From: a virus
Lineage: Duplodnaviria; Caudoviricetes
Length of the DNA stretch: 45,343 nt
Strand: one strand, 5' to 3'
Virus record (IMG/VR): IMGVR_UViG_3300026519_000020
Location: 1 to 45,343 of that record
Shown: positions 10,501 through 19,228 of the stretch, piece by piece
Layout: each line of letters starts with the position of its first letter
Numbering within the stretch: the first letter of the stretch is position 1
Notes under the pieces: generated by a model
Database searches by the model: none
What the model was told of the DNA's origin: nothing
The model's input: the letters and a program-made list of their open reading frames with translations, nothing else
Made by a program: the position numbers and the translations under genes

Positions 10501-13500
10501 CACGACCTGTTTATAAAATCAATTATGACATGTACCGCGCTTTTGAACGACAACTTGATCCTGATAATCTGGGGTTAAGTACACCTGATATCAATTCACT
10601 TGAAGATACAACAGGTGCTGATAACTTCTTACGTTCGACAGCTGTCGAATATCGCTGGTTACAATCTCAAAATAAAGCACCGAAACTAAAGAAGTCTAAA
10701 GTTGAACCCTTTGTTAGAAAAGCAGAGAAGTTAGGTTTATCTAGTATCGATATGGTCAATGATGAAAAGTTCATTGAAATGGTCACTGATTACTACCGGG
10801 GAAGTCTCGATGCTTTAACAGAAGATGGTTTCGACGTTCGCGCTGAGAAAATGACAGACTGGTACTTTAATGAAGACGGGACAATTAAACAGTCTAAACT
10901 TCGTGATAAAGCGTCCGAAGTTCAACGGTTTCGTAATTCAAACGGGTTTGATGTTCATAAATTGCGCGATGACATTTCCAAAAAGATGCGTGTTAAAAAG
11001 AACCGTGACGAATATCAACAGTGGGCTGCTGCTAAATTCAATTCATTTGTAACAAGTAAGAAGTTATTTAAAGGTTACACACCATCAGGCAATAGGAAAT
11101 ATTCAGATTACAACTTACAAAATGTTGTAAAAGAAATGACACAGCAACTTCAAGCCGGAGAATCGTTTTTCTATGGTGCGGGTACTGTTCGTTCTAAATA
11201 CGCAAACGAATTAAAAACAATCGCTCAGATCCAGGCGAAACGTGAAAATATCGTTAGTGAAGAAGATATGAAGAAAGTCAAAGAGGAATCTTCTGATGTG
11301 TTCATGGAAGCACTTGATGCACTGAGACCTTTTTACAAGTTTGATTCTGATTCTTTCGGTTACTCTGATGATGCGGGTAATGCTATTATTGAAGGTCGCA
11401 AAGGATTAAATGAAACTTTCGATATGACTAAAGACGCACAAAAGATTGTTGACGATTTAGTTGAATACTTATCAGCATTACCGACGAGTTATTTTGAAAC
11501 TAAAATACAACGTGCAGTCGGGTTCAACGAGTTTAATACAGCTGTTGTTCCGCGCGGGATGCGTAAAGATGCACTCCAAGTGTTGAAGGATGCGGGGTTA
11601 AAAATTAAAACTTATGACCCTAAAGATAACAACTCAAGAACCAATATCATCGCTAAACAGAAACAGTTACTATTTCAGGAAGGAAAACAACAAGCACGCG
11701 GTTACTATGACCCGGCCAACAGTGTTATCCGAATGACTGAATCAGCCAACCTGTCAACCTTCCTTCACGAGTTCGCCCACTTCATGTATGAAATGGAAGT
11801 GAAAGGTGATACCAATATGTTGAAGGGTATTAACGCTTGGTATAAGCGTAATGCTGCTGATGTTGCTAAAGAGGCTAACGGGTATCTAGGCGATAAGCGT
11901 GATGTGTTGGAACAAGGTGGAGAACTATCGACTGAAACTGAAGCGTTTAAAAAATGGTTTAAAGGTTCTAAGATAAAAATGTTGTCCGGTGAACCGATGA
12001 TTGTTTATCATGGTACAAATGTTAAAGTGAATAAAGAAAAAGGTTTTGAATTCGATAAAGGTAAATTTAATACAGTTGAAGAAAAAGGCGATTATGTTGG
12101 TGAAGGTTTCTTTTTCGCACAAGATAAGCTAAGAGCTAAAGCTTATGCTGATCAGGCAGTTAGAAATAACGGAGGGGAATCAGTTGTTGTTCCTGCTTAT
12201 TTATCTATAAAAAACCCTTTAATTATAAACAGTAAAAAAGATAGTGAAAAGTTAAGAGAAATTTTCGGTGGGGAAAAAGAATACTTTAAACTATTTCGTA
12301 AAAACCCAAAAGCATTGCGGGAGAAATTACAATCATTAGGTTATGACGGTTTAATGGATAATAGTTATGGTCAATATGCTGCGTTTGACTCAAATCAAAT
12401 TAAATCAGTTGAAAACATTGGAACATTCGATCCAACTAATCCTGATATTTATAAACAAGAAACAACCCCACCAACAGCAAAAGAAGGTTCAATAACAGTT
12501 GATGATGTGATCGCATTCCTCGACCTGAAAACAACCGGTGATAAGTCTAAAGATGTGGCAATCAGACGCGCAGTACATGAACAATTCGCACGCGGGTTTG
12601 AAACCTACCTGATGGAAGGTAAAGCACCGTCAATCGAATTAAGAAACATATTCAGAACATTTGCGCGCTGGTTAGCGCAAGTTTACAAGTCGATGCGCAG
12701 CAAACTCAACGTGAATCTTGACGACGGCATGCGTCAGATATTCGATAGACTGGTTGCGACTGAAGACCAAATCGCAGCAGCTGAAGCACGTGCACAATTT
12801 AAACCCATGTTCACCGATGCTGTTATGGCCGGGATGACTGAAAAGCAGTTTGAAGATTACAAAGCACAAAAAGAAAAAGTTAAAGGTGTTCAGTCTGAAA
12901 CCTTGCGTGACAAGTTAATTAAACAACTTAGACGACAAACTGAAAAATGGTGGCAGGAAGAAAAGCAGGACATCGTTGACACTGAAACTGAAAAGCTGAA
13001 AAAAGAACGTGTGTATGCTGCCCGTGACAAGTTGAAGTCTGTCACTAAAAATAAAGAATTTGATGCCATCGGTGAAAACCTGAATAAAGAAATCACTGAA
13101 TTAAATAAGCAGAGTGATGATTTAAGTAAGCGAGTTGAAAAGCTTAAAAAAGAAAATGATACGATAGGGCAATTCATTTCAAAACAGGGTGGTTTAAACC
13201 GTGCTGAAATGATTGAGGAAGGTGTTGATCCTGAAAGCTTTAAAGAGCGATTTAAAGTTTTTGGTAAACCTTTGTTTCCAAGAAAAGGTGGTATGACCAT
13301 TGATGGTCTGGCTGAAAAGCTGAATGAAATAGGTTACAAAGGTGGTAACCTTTCAGCTAATGACACGCTTGAAATCGTGTTAGAAATGTTAAGTGATGAC
13401 AACAGTTATGTAAACCAGGATGCAGGGACTGAAATTTCAGAATTGAATGATAAACTCGATGCTATCGGTGCAAGTATTGACAATCTTAAAAATGACATTG

Positions 13501-16500
13501 CCGAATTTGAAACAGCGTCGAAACAGATAAGCTTTAAACTCGACCACGCAGCAGTTAAAGAAATGGTCGGTGAAGAAAGGATCAATAAACTTGGTAATAA
13601 ATCAGTCGTTATTCCGCCGGAATTATCAGGTATGACAGCGAAAGGCAAGCAGGGTGTGCATCCTGATGAAGCAGCCGCTTTCCTGGGGTATAGCTCCGGT
13701 TCAGAAATGATCGATGATTTAATTAATGCACCGAAGTTAAAAACACAAGCTGAAGAAAATGCTCAAGCTGCAATGATTGAACGACACGGCGATATCTTTA
13801 CCGATGGTACCATTGAGCGTGAAGCTGATGAAGCGGTGCGAAGTGAAGAACGCGGTAAGTTGATATTGTCTGAATTGAAAACACTGGCCAAAGGCACCAA
13901 CGCACCTACAATTGACCGATCTACTATTAAAGAATTAGCTATTACTAATATAGGTAAACTTTCCTTCCGTGAAATCCAGCCGGGGAAATACCGTAAAGCT
14001 GAAATCAGAGCAGCACAAGAAGCCGCTACCATGTTAGCTGCCGGCAATCGAGAAGGTGCGGCGGCAGCTAAATTGCGCCAGGTGATGAATTATTACCTCG
14101 GTATAGAAGCGACTAATGCTAAAAATGAAACCATGAAAATTGTTGACCGAATGGCCAGGTACAACAAAAAGAAAGTGCGTGAGCAAATTATCAAAGCTGA
14201 GAATGATTACTGGGAACAGATTGCTAAAATCTTGAACAGGTTTGAGTTCAGAAAAGCAGCAACATTGAAGCAAGTTGACAGTTTGAATTTATGGGTTAAA
14301 GAACGTACTGAAGCCGACGGTGACGGGTTGATACTATCTAATACAGTTTTGAATGAAACTTATGTAACTCATTGGAAAAACGTACCTTTTTCAGATTTAC
14401 AAGGTGTCGCTGATTCAGTAAAAAACATCGAACATGTTGCTCGATATGCTAATAAAATCCAATTGCAGCAAGAAGAAATCGATTTTAAGAAATTGAAACA
14501 GGATTGGATTGATAGCATTAACGAGAATGACGCACGATTCCCTACTAAAGAAACCCGCAGTCGAATCGATGATGCGCGGAAAGCAACCATGGCTGAGAAT
14601 GTTCGCAGATGGGCTTCACAACTCACTAAGGTACCGTTCCTGGCATCCTGGCTTGATGGTGGAGCACGCACCGGGTTGAGTCAGGATATACTGATGCAGC
14701 AACTCACAGATGCTTTGGACGCTAAAATGAAGCTGATTGATGACGTTGCAACCCCGGTGCTTGAAGCCATTAATAACCGCTCTAAAGAAGACCAGAAACG
14801 ACACGCTAAAAAGATTTGGATACCTGAAATCAATGACAATTTAATGGGTCATCAGATTTTAGCAGTGGCTTTAAATGTGGGCAATCAGGGTAATATGAAA
14901 AAGATGCTCCTCGGTGAAGGGTGGGCTGATCCTGAAGTTGACACTGATATAAGTATTAATAATCCGAAACTCGCCGCTATTCTCGGTCATATGAGTAAAA
15001 GTGACTGGGTACTTGTTCAAAGTATTTGGGATCAAATGAATCTGCTTTATCCCCAATTAGCTGAAGTACACCGACGTACAACCGGTTTAACGCCGCCAAA
15101 GGTTGAATCTGTACCGTTTGAGGTGGTTGTCAATGGTGAAACTATTAAGATGAACGGTGGATACTACCCGGTAAAATACTCACCAAAACGCAGTTTTAAA
15201 GCTGAAAAGAACGCGGAAAAACGTGATGCTGAAACCGAGTCAATGTTCAATAATACCGCGAGTATTCAATCGTCGGTGAACACGGGCGCCACTAATGAAC
15301 GAACAGGGTTTTATGATAGGGTTGAGTTGAGTTTAAGTGTTGTCCCAAATCATTTTAATGAGACTATTCATTACATCACCCATCATGATGCAGTGCGACA
15401 AATTAACCGATTGATACAATCCCCGGATGTAGCGAACGCCATTACTGCTGTTTTGGGAGAAGCTGAGTTTAATCAACTGAAACCCTGGTTGAATGATGTG
15501 GCCAAAGATGGTCGGCAACAACCGGTTAAAGGGTTCATTAATGAAGCGTTCGGCAAGCTCCGTTTCGGTGTAACTCTCGGTGTGATGGGGTTTAAAGCAT
15601 CGACAGGCATAATGCAGGTGTATGGCCTGTTTACAACAGCTGCCGATGTTGGTATTGGTCCAACACTTAAAGGTGTCCAAACATCAGTAGGTAGAAGTTG
15701 GTACATGAATGCCGTAAGGAAAACATTAGGAAGTACTAATGATATGCAAAGTGCCTGGGATTTTGCAGCTGAGCGATCTAAAGTTTTACCGCACCGGATG
15801 CAGACAATGGACAGAGAGATTAAAAATGCTATGGAGCGGTTACGCGGTAAGAGTGGATTCATAGCCGCAGTGCAAGAAACGTCAATGAAACATATCGCAT
15901 TAATACAAACTTATATTGTTGATTTACCAACCTGGCACGCAGCATATACTAAAGAATTAAGTGAATCAGGTGATGAATCTAAAGCAATTAAACGCGCGGA
16001 TTGGTCTGTTGAGAATTTACAGGGTTCCGGTGCCGTCAAGGATATGGCATCAGTGCTTAGGAATCAGACTAAAATTCACACGACTTTCACCATGTTCATG
16101 ACATTTTTCAGTTCGTTAGGTAACCTGTCACGTGATGTTGTTAAAGGTGCAAGAACGGGTCAGTATTCAAAAACAACAGTCGCAGCTAAGTTGATGTTTT
16201 TATTTACACTTCCTGTATTTTTTGAGATGTTAATGCGCGGTGACCTGGATGAACCTGAAGACGAAGATGATAGGCTTTCAAAATTCTTAATTAATTCAAC
16301 ACTTTACCCGATTACATCAGTGCCTTTTGTCCGGGACGTAGCCGCCGGTTTAATAGGTGACTTCGGATACAATAGTTCGCCAGTAGCATCGGTGCTTGAA
16401 CGGGGTATTCTAGGATTAAAGCAGGTTAGCGAACGTGCATTCACTGATGAAGAAATTACAAAGAGTGCTGCAAAAAATGTCAGTAAATTAGCAGCTGCTT

Positions 16501-16619
16501 CTATAGGGTTACCGGGTATCAACCAGGTCTGGTCAACCGGTGAACATCTTTACGATGTGCTTGAAGAAGGTGAAGATTTGACAATACGTGAATTATTATT
16601 TGGTCCTGACAGAAACTAG
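7518..16619 (+). CDS. Giant (3033 aa) polyvalent ejection protein with ART-like modules and an HExxH zincin peptidase
   Basis: gp16-like position before tail fibre; STFLHEFAH (11766-11780) and HEQFARGFE (from 12576); EPMIVYHGT...GFFF...YLSIKNP...GYDG...QIKS module; second VHRT...GHDG module; hydrophobic C-terminal region. Confidence 0.85.
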   Translation: MTSDQEDLDFSFLDKVSEIADNELDFTSLDNSDDLKFTMGEAVKVDPDRRAKVLDLSKKTGIPSFAVENNIDEVETTVKKNEFNFTDLDNNNPETSKFLSNYDNAVIAQDDIPVLSAIENVFKIFTGNTFKDVAEGTVRSLENVSETIPLSFEKMGAGFLLRGVDTAPDQIDQLIPVSALPIGVDISASDLSIEFAKSFGVESDEQLQQAKIEGQEKLINEIIDIESKISSLTPKDLNILQQGLRGGVESLAQMAPGFGLMLASGGRAAPMLAAMYIQTTSGSYAEARAAGLTPDVSFWKANIDGGIEVLTEILPTAKLEKILTGKSTGKLTKEAIKFMIQEQGTEQLATLGQSLNSYLFGLDEEMNNAKSISEMIAIQTERQAVTVVATFVAGGAQIGAVTGIRKTIEKAADALAKDSQQKEQRGEVEQQNIDKLKEQIDKSELRKRSPETFKQFVEQADGDNNTKVFIDSDRVDEFLQTKTIDEINNDEALTELAKQLDEATALKIDIQVPVADFATNFNDEIFTQLRDGMTMSEDAVAPFRQEKNTKEVDKRLKSLMEEAKNNASDYVDAQEITDAIREQLIDTGVYSPEVASTMAELVPLYFAAKAEREGITVKQAYESYGFRVEGPQTGEKARLSAEALEQESDFNRLDDLLKQYDEAFELTEPDFVNEIESLIDDSNIDTEGKLSEAVSAYRKEQDDDFKLGGRNDMDQAFDNFKAVVDDVFKQSATLNKEVTKDERNNANEGRVNSTGQKTAAAEKASTQQEIIDETKNRTRKQALAEYERAVKGETVTFVHRTSQDFKAFDDSLLGTINPEKTPSGSLGHYMAAADLANLDKYGDLVTVYEFKLENPIEISQESFEDTAEMTHEEVAERRQQLMDMGHDGILVKDLNWAIVFEGKTATKLEEDTSVLDDIVLEQPVDDLFIAHNLSAENIIAADELGGLAAPSLATARTTTGGFDNFGEVTLIADKSLLKDKKARTFDADIYSPRQPRPVYKINYDMYRAFERQLDPDNLGLSTPDINSLEDTTGADNFLRSTAVEYRWLQSQNKAPKLKKSKVEPFVRKAEKLGLSSIDMVNDEKFIEMVTDYYRGSLDALTEDGFDVRAEKMTDWYFNEDGTIKQSKLRDKASEVQRFRNSNGFDVHKLRDDISKKMRVKKNRDEYQQWAAAKFNSFVTSKKLFKGYTPSGNRKYSDYNLQNVVKEMTQQLQAGESFFYGAGTVRSKYANELKTIAQIQAKRENIVSEEDMKKVKEESSDVFMEALDALRPFYKFDSDSFGYSDDAGNAIIEGRKGLNETFDMTKDAQKIVDDLVEYLSALPTSYFETKIQRAVGFNEFNTAVVPRGMRKDALQVLKDAGLKIKTYDPKDNNSRTNIIAKQKQLLFQEGKQQARGYYDPANSVIRMTESANLSTFLHEFAHFMYEMEVKGDTNMLKGINAWYKRNAADVAKEANGYLGDKRDVLEQGGELSTETEAFKKWFKGSKIKMLSGEPMIVYHGTNVKVNKEKGFEFDKGKFNTVEEKGDYVGEGFFFAQDKLRAKAYADQAVRNNGGESVVVPAYLSIKNPLIINSKKDSEKLREIFGGEKEYFKLFRKNPKALREKLQSLGYDGLMDNSYGQYAAFDSNQIKSVENIGTFDPTNPDIYKQETTPPTAKEGSITVDDVIAFLDLKTTGDKSKDVAIRRAVHEQFARGFETYLMEGKAPSIELRNIFRTFARWLAQVYKSMRSKLNVNLDDGMRQIFDRLVATEDQIAAAEARAQFKPMFTDAVMAGMTEKQFEDYKAQKEKVKGVQSETLRDKLIKQLRRQTEKWWQEEKQDIVDTETEKLKKERVYAARDKLKSVTKNKEFDAIGENLNKEITELNKQSDDLSKRVEKLKKENDTIGQFISKQGGLNRAEMIEEGVDPESFKERFKVFGKPLFPRKGGMTIDGLAEKLNEIGYKGGNLSANDTLEIVLEMLSDDNSYVNQDAGTEISELNDKLDAIGASIDNLKNDIAEFETASKQISFKLDHAAVKEMVGEERINKLGNKSVVIPPELSGMTAKGKQGVHPDEAAAFLGYSSGSEMIDDLINAPKLKTQAEENAQAAMIERHGDIFTDGTIEREADEAVRSEERGKLILSELKTLAKGTNAPTIDRSTIKELAITNIGKLSFREIQPGKYRKAEIRAAQEAATMLAAGNREGAAAAKLRQVMNYYLGIEATNAKNETMKIVDRMARYNKKKVREQIIKAENDYWEQIAKILNRFEFRKAATLKQVDSLNLWVKERTEADGDGLILSNTVLNETYVTHWKNVPFSDLQGVADSVKNIEHVARYANKIQLQQEEIDFKKLKQDWIDSINENDARFPTKETRSRIDDARKATMAENVRRWASQLTKVPFLASWLDGGARTGLSQDILMQQLTDALDAKMKLIDDVATPVLEAINNRSKEDQKRHAKKIWIPEINDNLMGHQILAVALNVGNQGNMKKMLLGEGWADPEVDTDISINNPKLAAILGHMSKSDWVLVQSIWDQMNLLYPQLAEVHRRTTGLTPPKVESVPFEVVVNGETIKMNGGYYPVKYSPKRSFKAEKNAEKRDAETESMFNNTASIQSSVNTGATNERTGFYDRVELSLSVVPNHFNETIHYITHHDAVRQINRLIQSPDVANAITAVLGEAEFNQLKPWLNDVAKDGRQQPVKGFINEAFGKLRFGVTLGVMGFKASTGIMQVYGLFTTAADVGIGPTLKGVQTSVGRSWYMNAVRKTLGSTNDMQSAWDFAAERSKVLPHRMQTMDREIKNAMERLRGKSGFIAAVQETSMKHIALIQTYIVDLPTWHAAYTKELSESGDESKAIKRADWSVENLQGSGAVKDMASVLRNQTKIHTTFTMFMTFFSSLGNLSRDVVKGARTGQYSKTTVAAKLMFLFTLPVFFEMLMRGDLDEPEDEDDRLSKFLINSTLYPITSVPFVRDVAAGLIGDFGYNSSPVASVLERGILGLKQVSERAFTDEEITKSAAKNVSKLAAASIGLPGINQVWSTGEHLYDVLEEGEDLTIRELLFGPDRN

Positions 16620-16628
16620 TGATAAACT
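16619..16628 (+). promoter_or_regulatory. Putative extended -10 promoter for tail fibre
   Basis: GTGaTAAACT ~25 nt upstream of ATG 16654; overlaps the TAG-TGA-TAA triple stop. Confidence 0.4.
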
Positions 16629-16653
16629 TAACTTATTGATTTGAGGTAACATC

Positions 16654-18687
16654 ATGGCAGTCAACACACCGAATATTGTAAGTGGACCCTACACCGGTAA
16701 CGGTTCGGCAGATACTTATTCATATAATTTTCGTATTAAAGATAAAACACAAATCAAGGTTTTTGAAACTGATGATAACGGTGTTGAAGTCACATTGACT
16801 GTTGATGTTGATTATACGGTCGACGATATTGGTATTGATGCTGGCGGTACTGTCACCCGTGTCGCAGGTAATTTACCTACTGGTTATACATGGTATATTC
16901 GATCTGATTATAAGACCACGCAAAAAACAGCGTTTTCTTCTCAAGGCGGGTTTACACCACGTGTTCATGAAGATGCATTTGACAAACTTACATTTTTGAT
17001 TCAACAACTTTATGACTTGAATGCACGCACATTCAGAATATCAGATTCAGACACTGACGTAAGTTCGATTGTGGCATTGCCGTCGGCTGCAACACGCGCT
17101 AATAAAGTGTTGAGCTTTGATACAGTCGGTGACTTGATTACTATATTAGAACTCGGCGTATGGCGTGCTGATTGGTTGACCGCGACTGTTTATAAATACC
17201 GCGATATGTTTCGTGACCCATTAACCAATACTGTATATTTCGTGCAAACAGCACACACGTCAAGCACTGTGGTTGATGATTTAGCAAGTAATTATATAAG
17301 TGTATTATTAGATGGTAATCCAGCCACGACGAACTTTGTACCGCGAACGTCAACAACCGGTTCTGCAATTCTACCTATCGGCACAACGGCACAACGTGAT
17401 GTTTCACCGGTTGAAGGTTATATACGCCGCAATACAACAACTGACGAACTTGAAGAATGGAATGGTATTGCCTGGCGGTCGGTTGCTGAGAATGTTTCTT
17501 ATGCTGTCTCCGGTACTGACACATATACCGCGACATTGGGTATTAATGCTTATCGAACAAATAAAACTTATCACTTCAGCTTTACTAACACCAACACAGT
17601 AACAGCACCAACTATTAACCTTGACAGTCTTGGGGTTAAAACTATCAAAATGCTGAACGGTTCGGCATTAGTCGCAGGTACGATACCTGACGAAGCACTG
17701 CTGCGATACGACGGTGTTGATATGATCTTGTTGAATCCTGTTGAGGCGGTGCGTGCTACAAGTGCTACAAGCGCTACAAGCGCTACAACGGCGGGGTCGA
17801 TAACAGGACAAGGTGCACTCGCTACTCTTAATACAGTAAGCCAAACAGAAGTCGCTGCCAATGCCATCGGTCAATCTGAAATTAAGGAAACCAATCAGGA
17901 TCTAAGTGTTGCAACAGGTGCGGGGGTTACTGATGTTTTACTAACTGCTCCTCAGCATAACTTTTTAAGCACTTATAGCCGAGATACGAATGGCGGCACT
18001 ATTGACCAAATAGGTTTTGTACATAGCCCGAGGAGTGGCGGATCTTTTTTGCCAAACACATATTTACGGGTTGGCGAAGCACTGGCGACATCAGGCACTG
18101 CTATCGGTCGAACATATTACATAAACTCATCCCCACCCTACATTTCAGCCGATGGAGAAATACCTTTATTTATGTTTGGTATTGTTGATAATGGTACAGG
18201 TCAACTCGAATCTGTTGCTGCATCCATTGATCCACCGTGGATGTACAATGGCAGCACAAACACCGTTGCAGATGCTAAAGGGAAAAACGGCGAGTACTTA
18301 ATTAAAAAACGACTTGTCGAAGTTGAGATACCAAACTGGCGTGAGTTGCAGGTTAAAGGTAAATTAGCAGACCGAAAGATGATAAGCCGAAGACTGCAAG
18401 AAGATGAATTTACTTACATCCCCATCACACAAGAGATTAAAAACGCGGATATGAATGAAGTGCCGCACCCGTTTATAAATGTTGGTAAGAGTAAAACCGT
18501 TGTATATTTAGATCCCGTTTCTCCTGTTATGCAGAATTTGTATGATTTACATTCTTTAGCTAAAACAGACGCATCCGCACCGGCTGCGAGTGAACTGCTG
18601 CATAACGGAAATATTATCATCGGTAATCAAGATTTAAACCGCGATAAACCTTTAGGCTTAATGTGCGTATCATTGAGGTGGAAATAA
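16654..18687 (+). CDS. Tail fibre / receptor-binding protein
   Basis: T7 gp17-like N-terminus (YTGNG...Y.FRI...F.P.VHE.AFDKLT..IQQL), P.GTTAQR..P..GYIR.NT....E.W.G..W motif, ATS repeats. Confidence 0.85.
   Translation: MAVNTPNIVSGPYTGNGSADTYSYNFRIKDKTQIKVFETDDNGVEVTLTVDVDYTVDDIGIDAGGTVTRVAGNLPTGYTWYIRSDYKTTQKTAFSSQGGFTPRVHEDAFDKLTFLIQQLYDLNARTFRISDSDTDVSSIVALPSAATRANKVLSFDTVGDLITILELGVWRADWLTATVYKYRDMFRDPLTNTVYFVQTAHTSSTVVDDLASNYISVLLDGNPATTNFVPRTSTTGSAILPIGTTAQRDVSPVEGYIRRNTTTDELEEWNGIAWRSVAENVSYAVSGTDTYTATLGINAYRTNKTYHFSFTNTNTVTAPTINLDSLGVKTIKMLNGSALVAGTIPDEALLRYDGVDMILLNPVEAVRATSATSATSATTAGSITGQGALATLNTVSQTEVAANAIGQSEIKETNQDLSVATGAGVTDVLLTAPQHNFLSTYSRDTNGGTIDQIGFVHSPRSGGSFLPNTYLRVGEALATSGTAIGRTYYINSSPPYISADGEIPLFMFGIVDNGTGQLESVAASIDPPWMYNGSTNTVADAKGKNGEYLIKKRLVEVEIPNWRELQVKGKLADRKMISRRLQEDEFTYIPITQEIKNADMNEVPHPFINVGKSKTVVYLDPVSPVMQNLYDLHSLAKTDASAPAASELLHNGNIIIGNQDLNRDKPLGLMCVSLRWK
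17755..17790 (+). repeat. 9-bp tandem repeat (GCTACAAGY) encoding ATSATSATSATT
   Basis: gctacaagt gctacaagc gctacaagc gctacaacg. Confidence 0.85.
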
Positions 18688-19013
18688 TGACTTGCTCAAT
18701 CCCGTTTTTAGATAAACTATTCCACCGGCTAGGCTATGAACCTGCCTGTATCGTACACGATATGGACTACGAAAACGCTATCTCATAGTCGGATAAAATG
18801 ATGATGGAAAACATGATAACATTTGTGCCGAAATGGTATAGCTACCCGATTGGCTTTGCTTCGCTTGTCGGGTTAAGTGTTAATCCTTTTTCGTATTATC
18901 TATACTTTAAAAACAAGTATAACAAAGTCGGACATGTGCTTTCTGCTATGTGGTTAGTTTTAAGTCTTTACGGTTTACACGAATTAATTGACTATACTAA
19001 AGGGTTATTATGA
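18687..19013 (+). pseudogene. HD-motif (PLA2/DUF1353-like) membrane protein gene interrupted by in-frame TAG at 18786-18788
   Basis: ATG 18687 coupled to tail fibre stop (TAATG); MTCSIP...ACIVHDMDYENAIS*SDKMMMENM continues in the same frame into ORF 18798-19013. Confidence 0.6.
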
Positions 19014-19228
19014 AAGATAAGCTTGAGCATGTATCAAACGTCGTTAAAAATGTAGGTGATGTTACTGCGGGTACATCAGTGCTTGTAGTATGGATAACAT
19101 CATTAACACCGGTACTTGAATTTGCTGCATTGTCATTAGCGCTCATTTGGGGTTGGTACAGAATAGTGGGTATGAAGTTATCAAATGAATTGAAACGGGC
19201 AGAACTACGAGAATACGAAGATGATTGA
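19010..19228 (+). CDS. Putative holin / small membrane protein
   Basis: 72 aa with central hydrophobic segment(s) and charged C-terminus, directly before the endolysin. Confidence 0.6.
   Translation: MKDKLEHVSNVVKNVGDVTAGTSVLVVWITSLTPVLEFAALSLALIWGWYRIVGMKLSNELKRAELREYEDD

Noticed and set aside
7047-16522. Many antisense and alternate-frame ORFs in the track (also those inside the pol, primase, TerL and portal genes)
   Set aside because: Shadows of long real genes; no RBS or recognisable motifs
18786-18788. Genome-wide TAG recoding (alternative genetic code)
   Set aside because: Long genes are intact under the standard code, TAG ends several genes normally (16617, 33909, 34144), and no suppressor tRNA was seen
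16654-19013. Diversity-generating retroelement as in BPP-1
   Set aside because: No reverse transcriptase ORF and no TR/VR repeat pair seen
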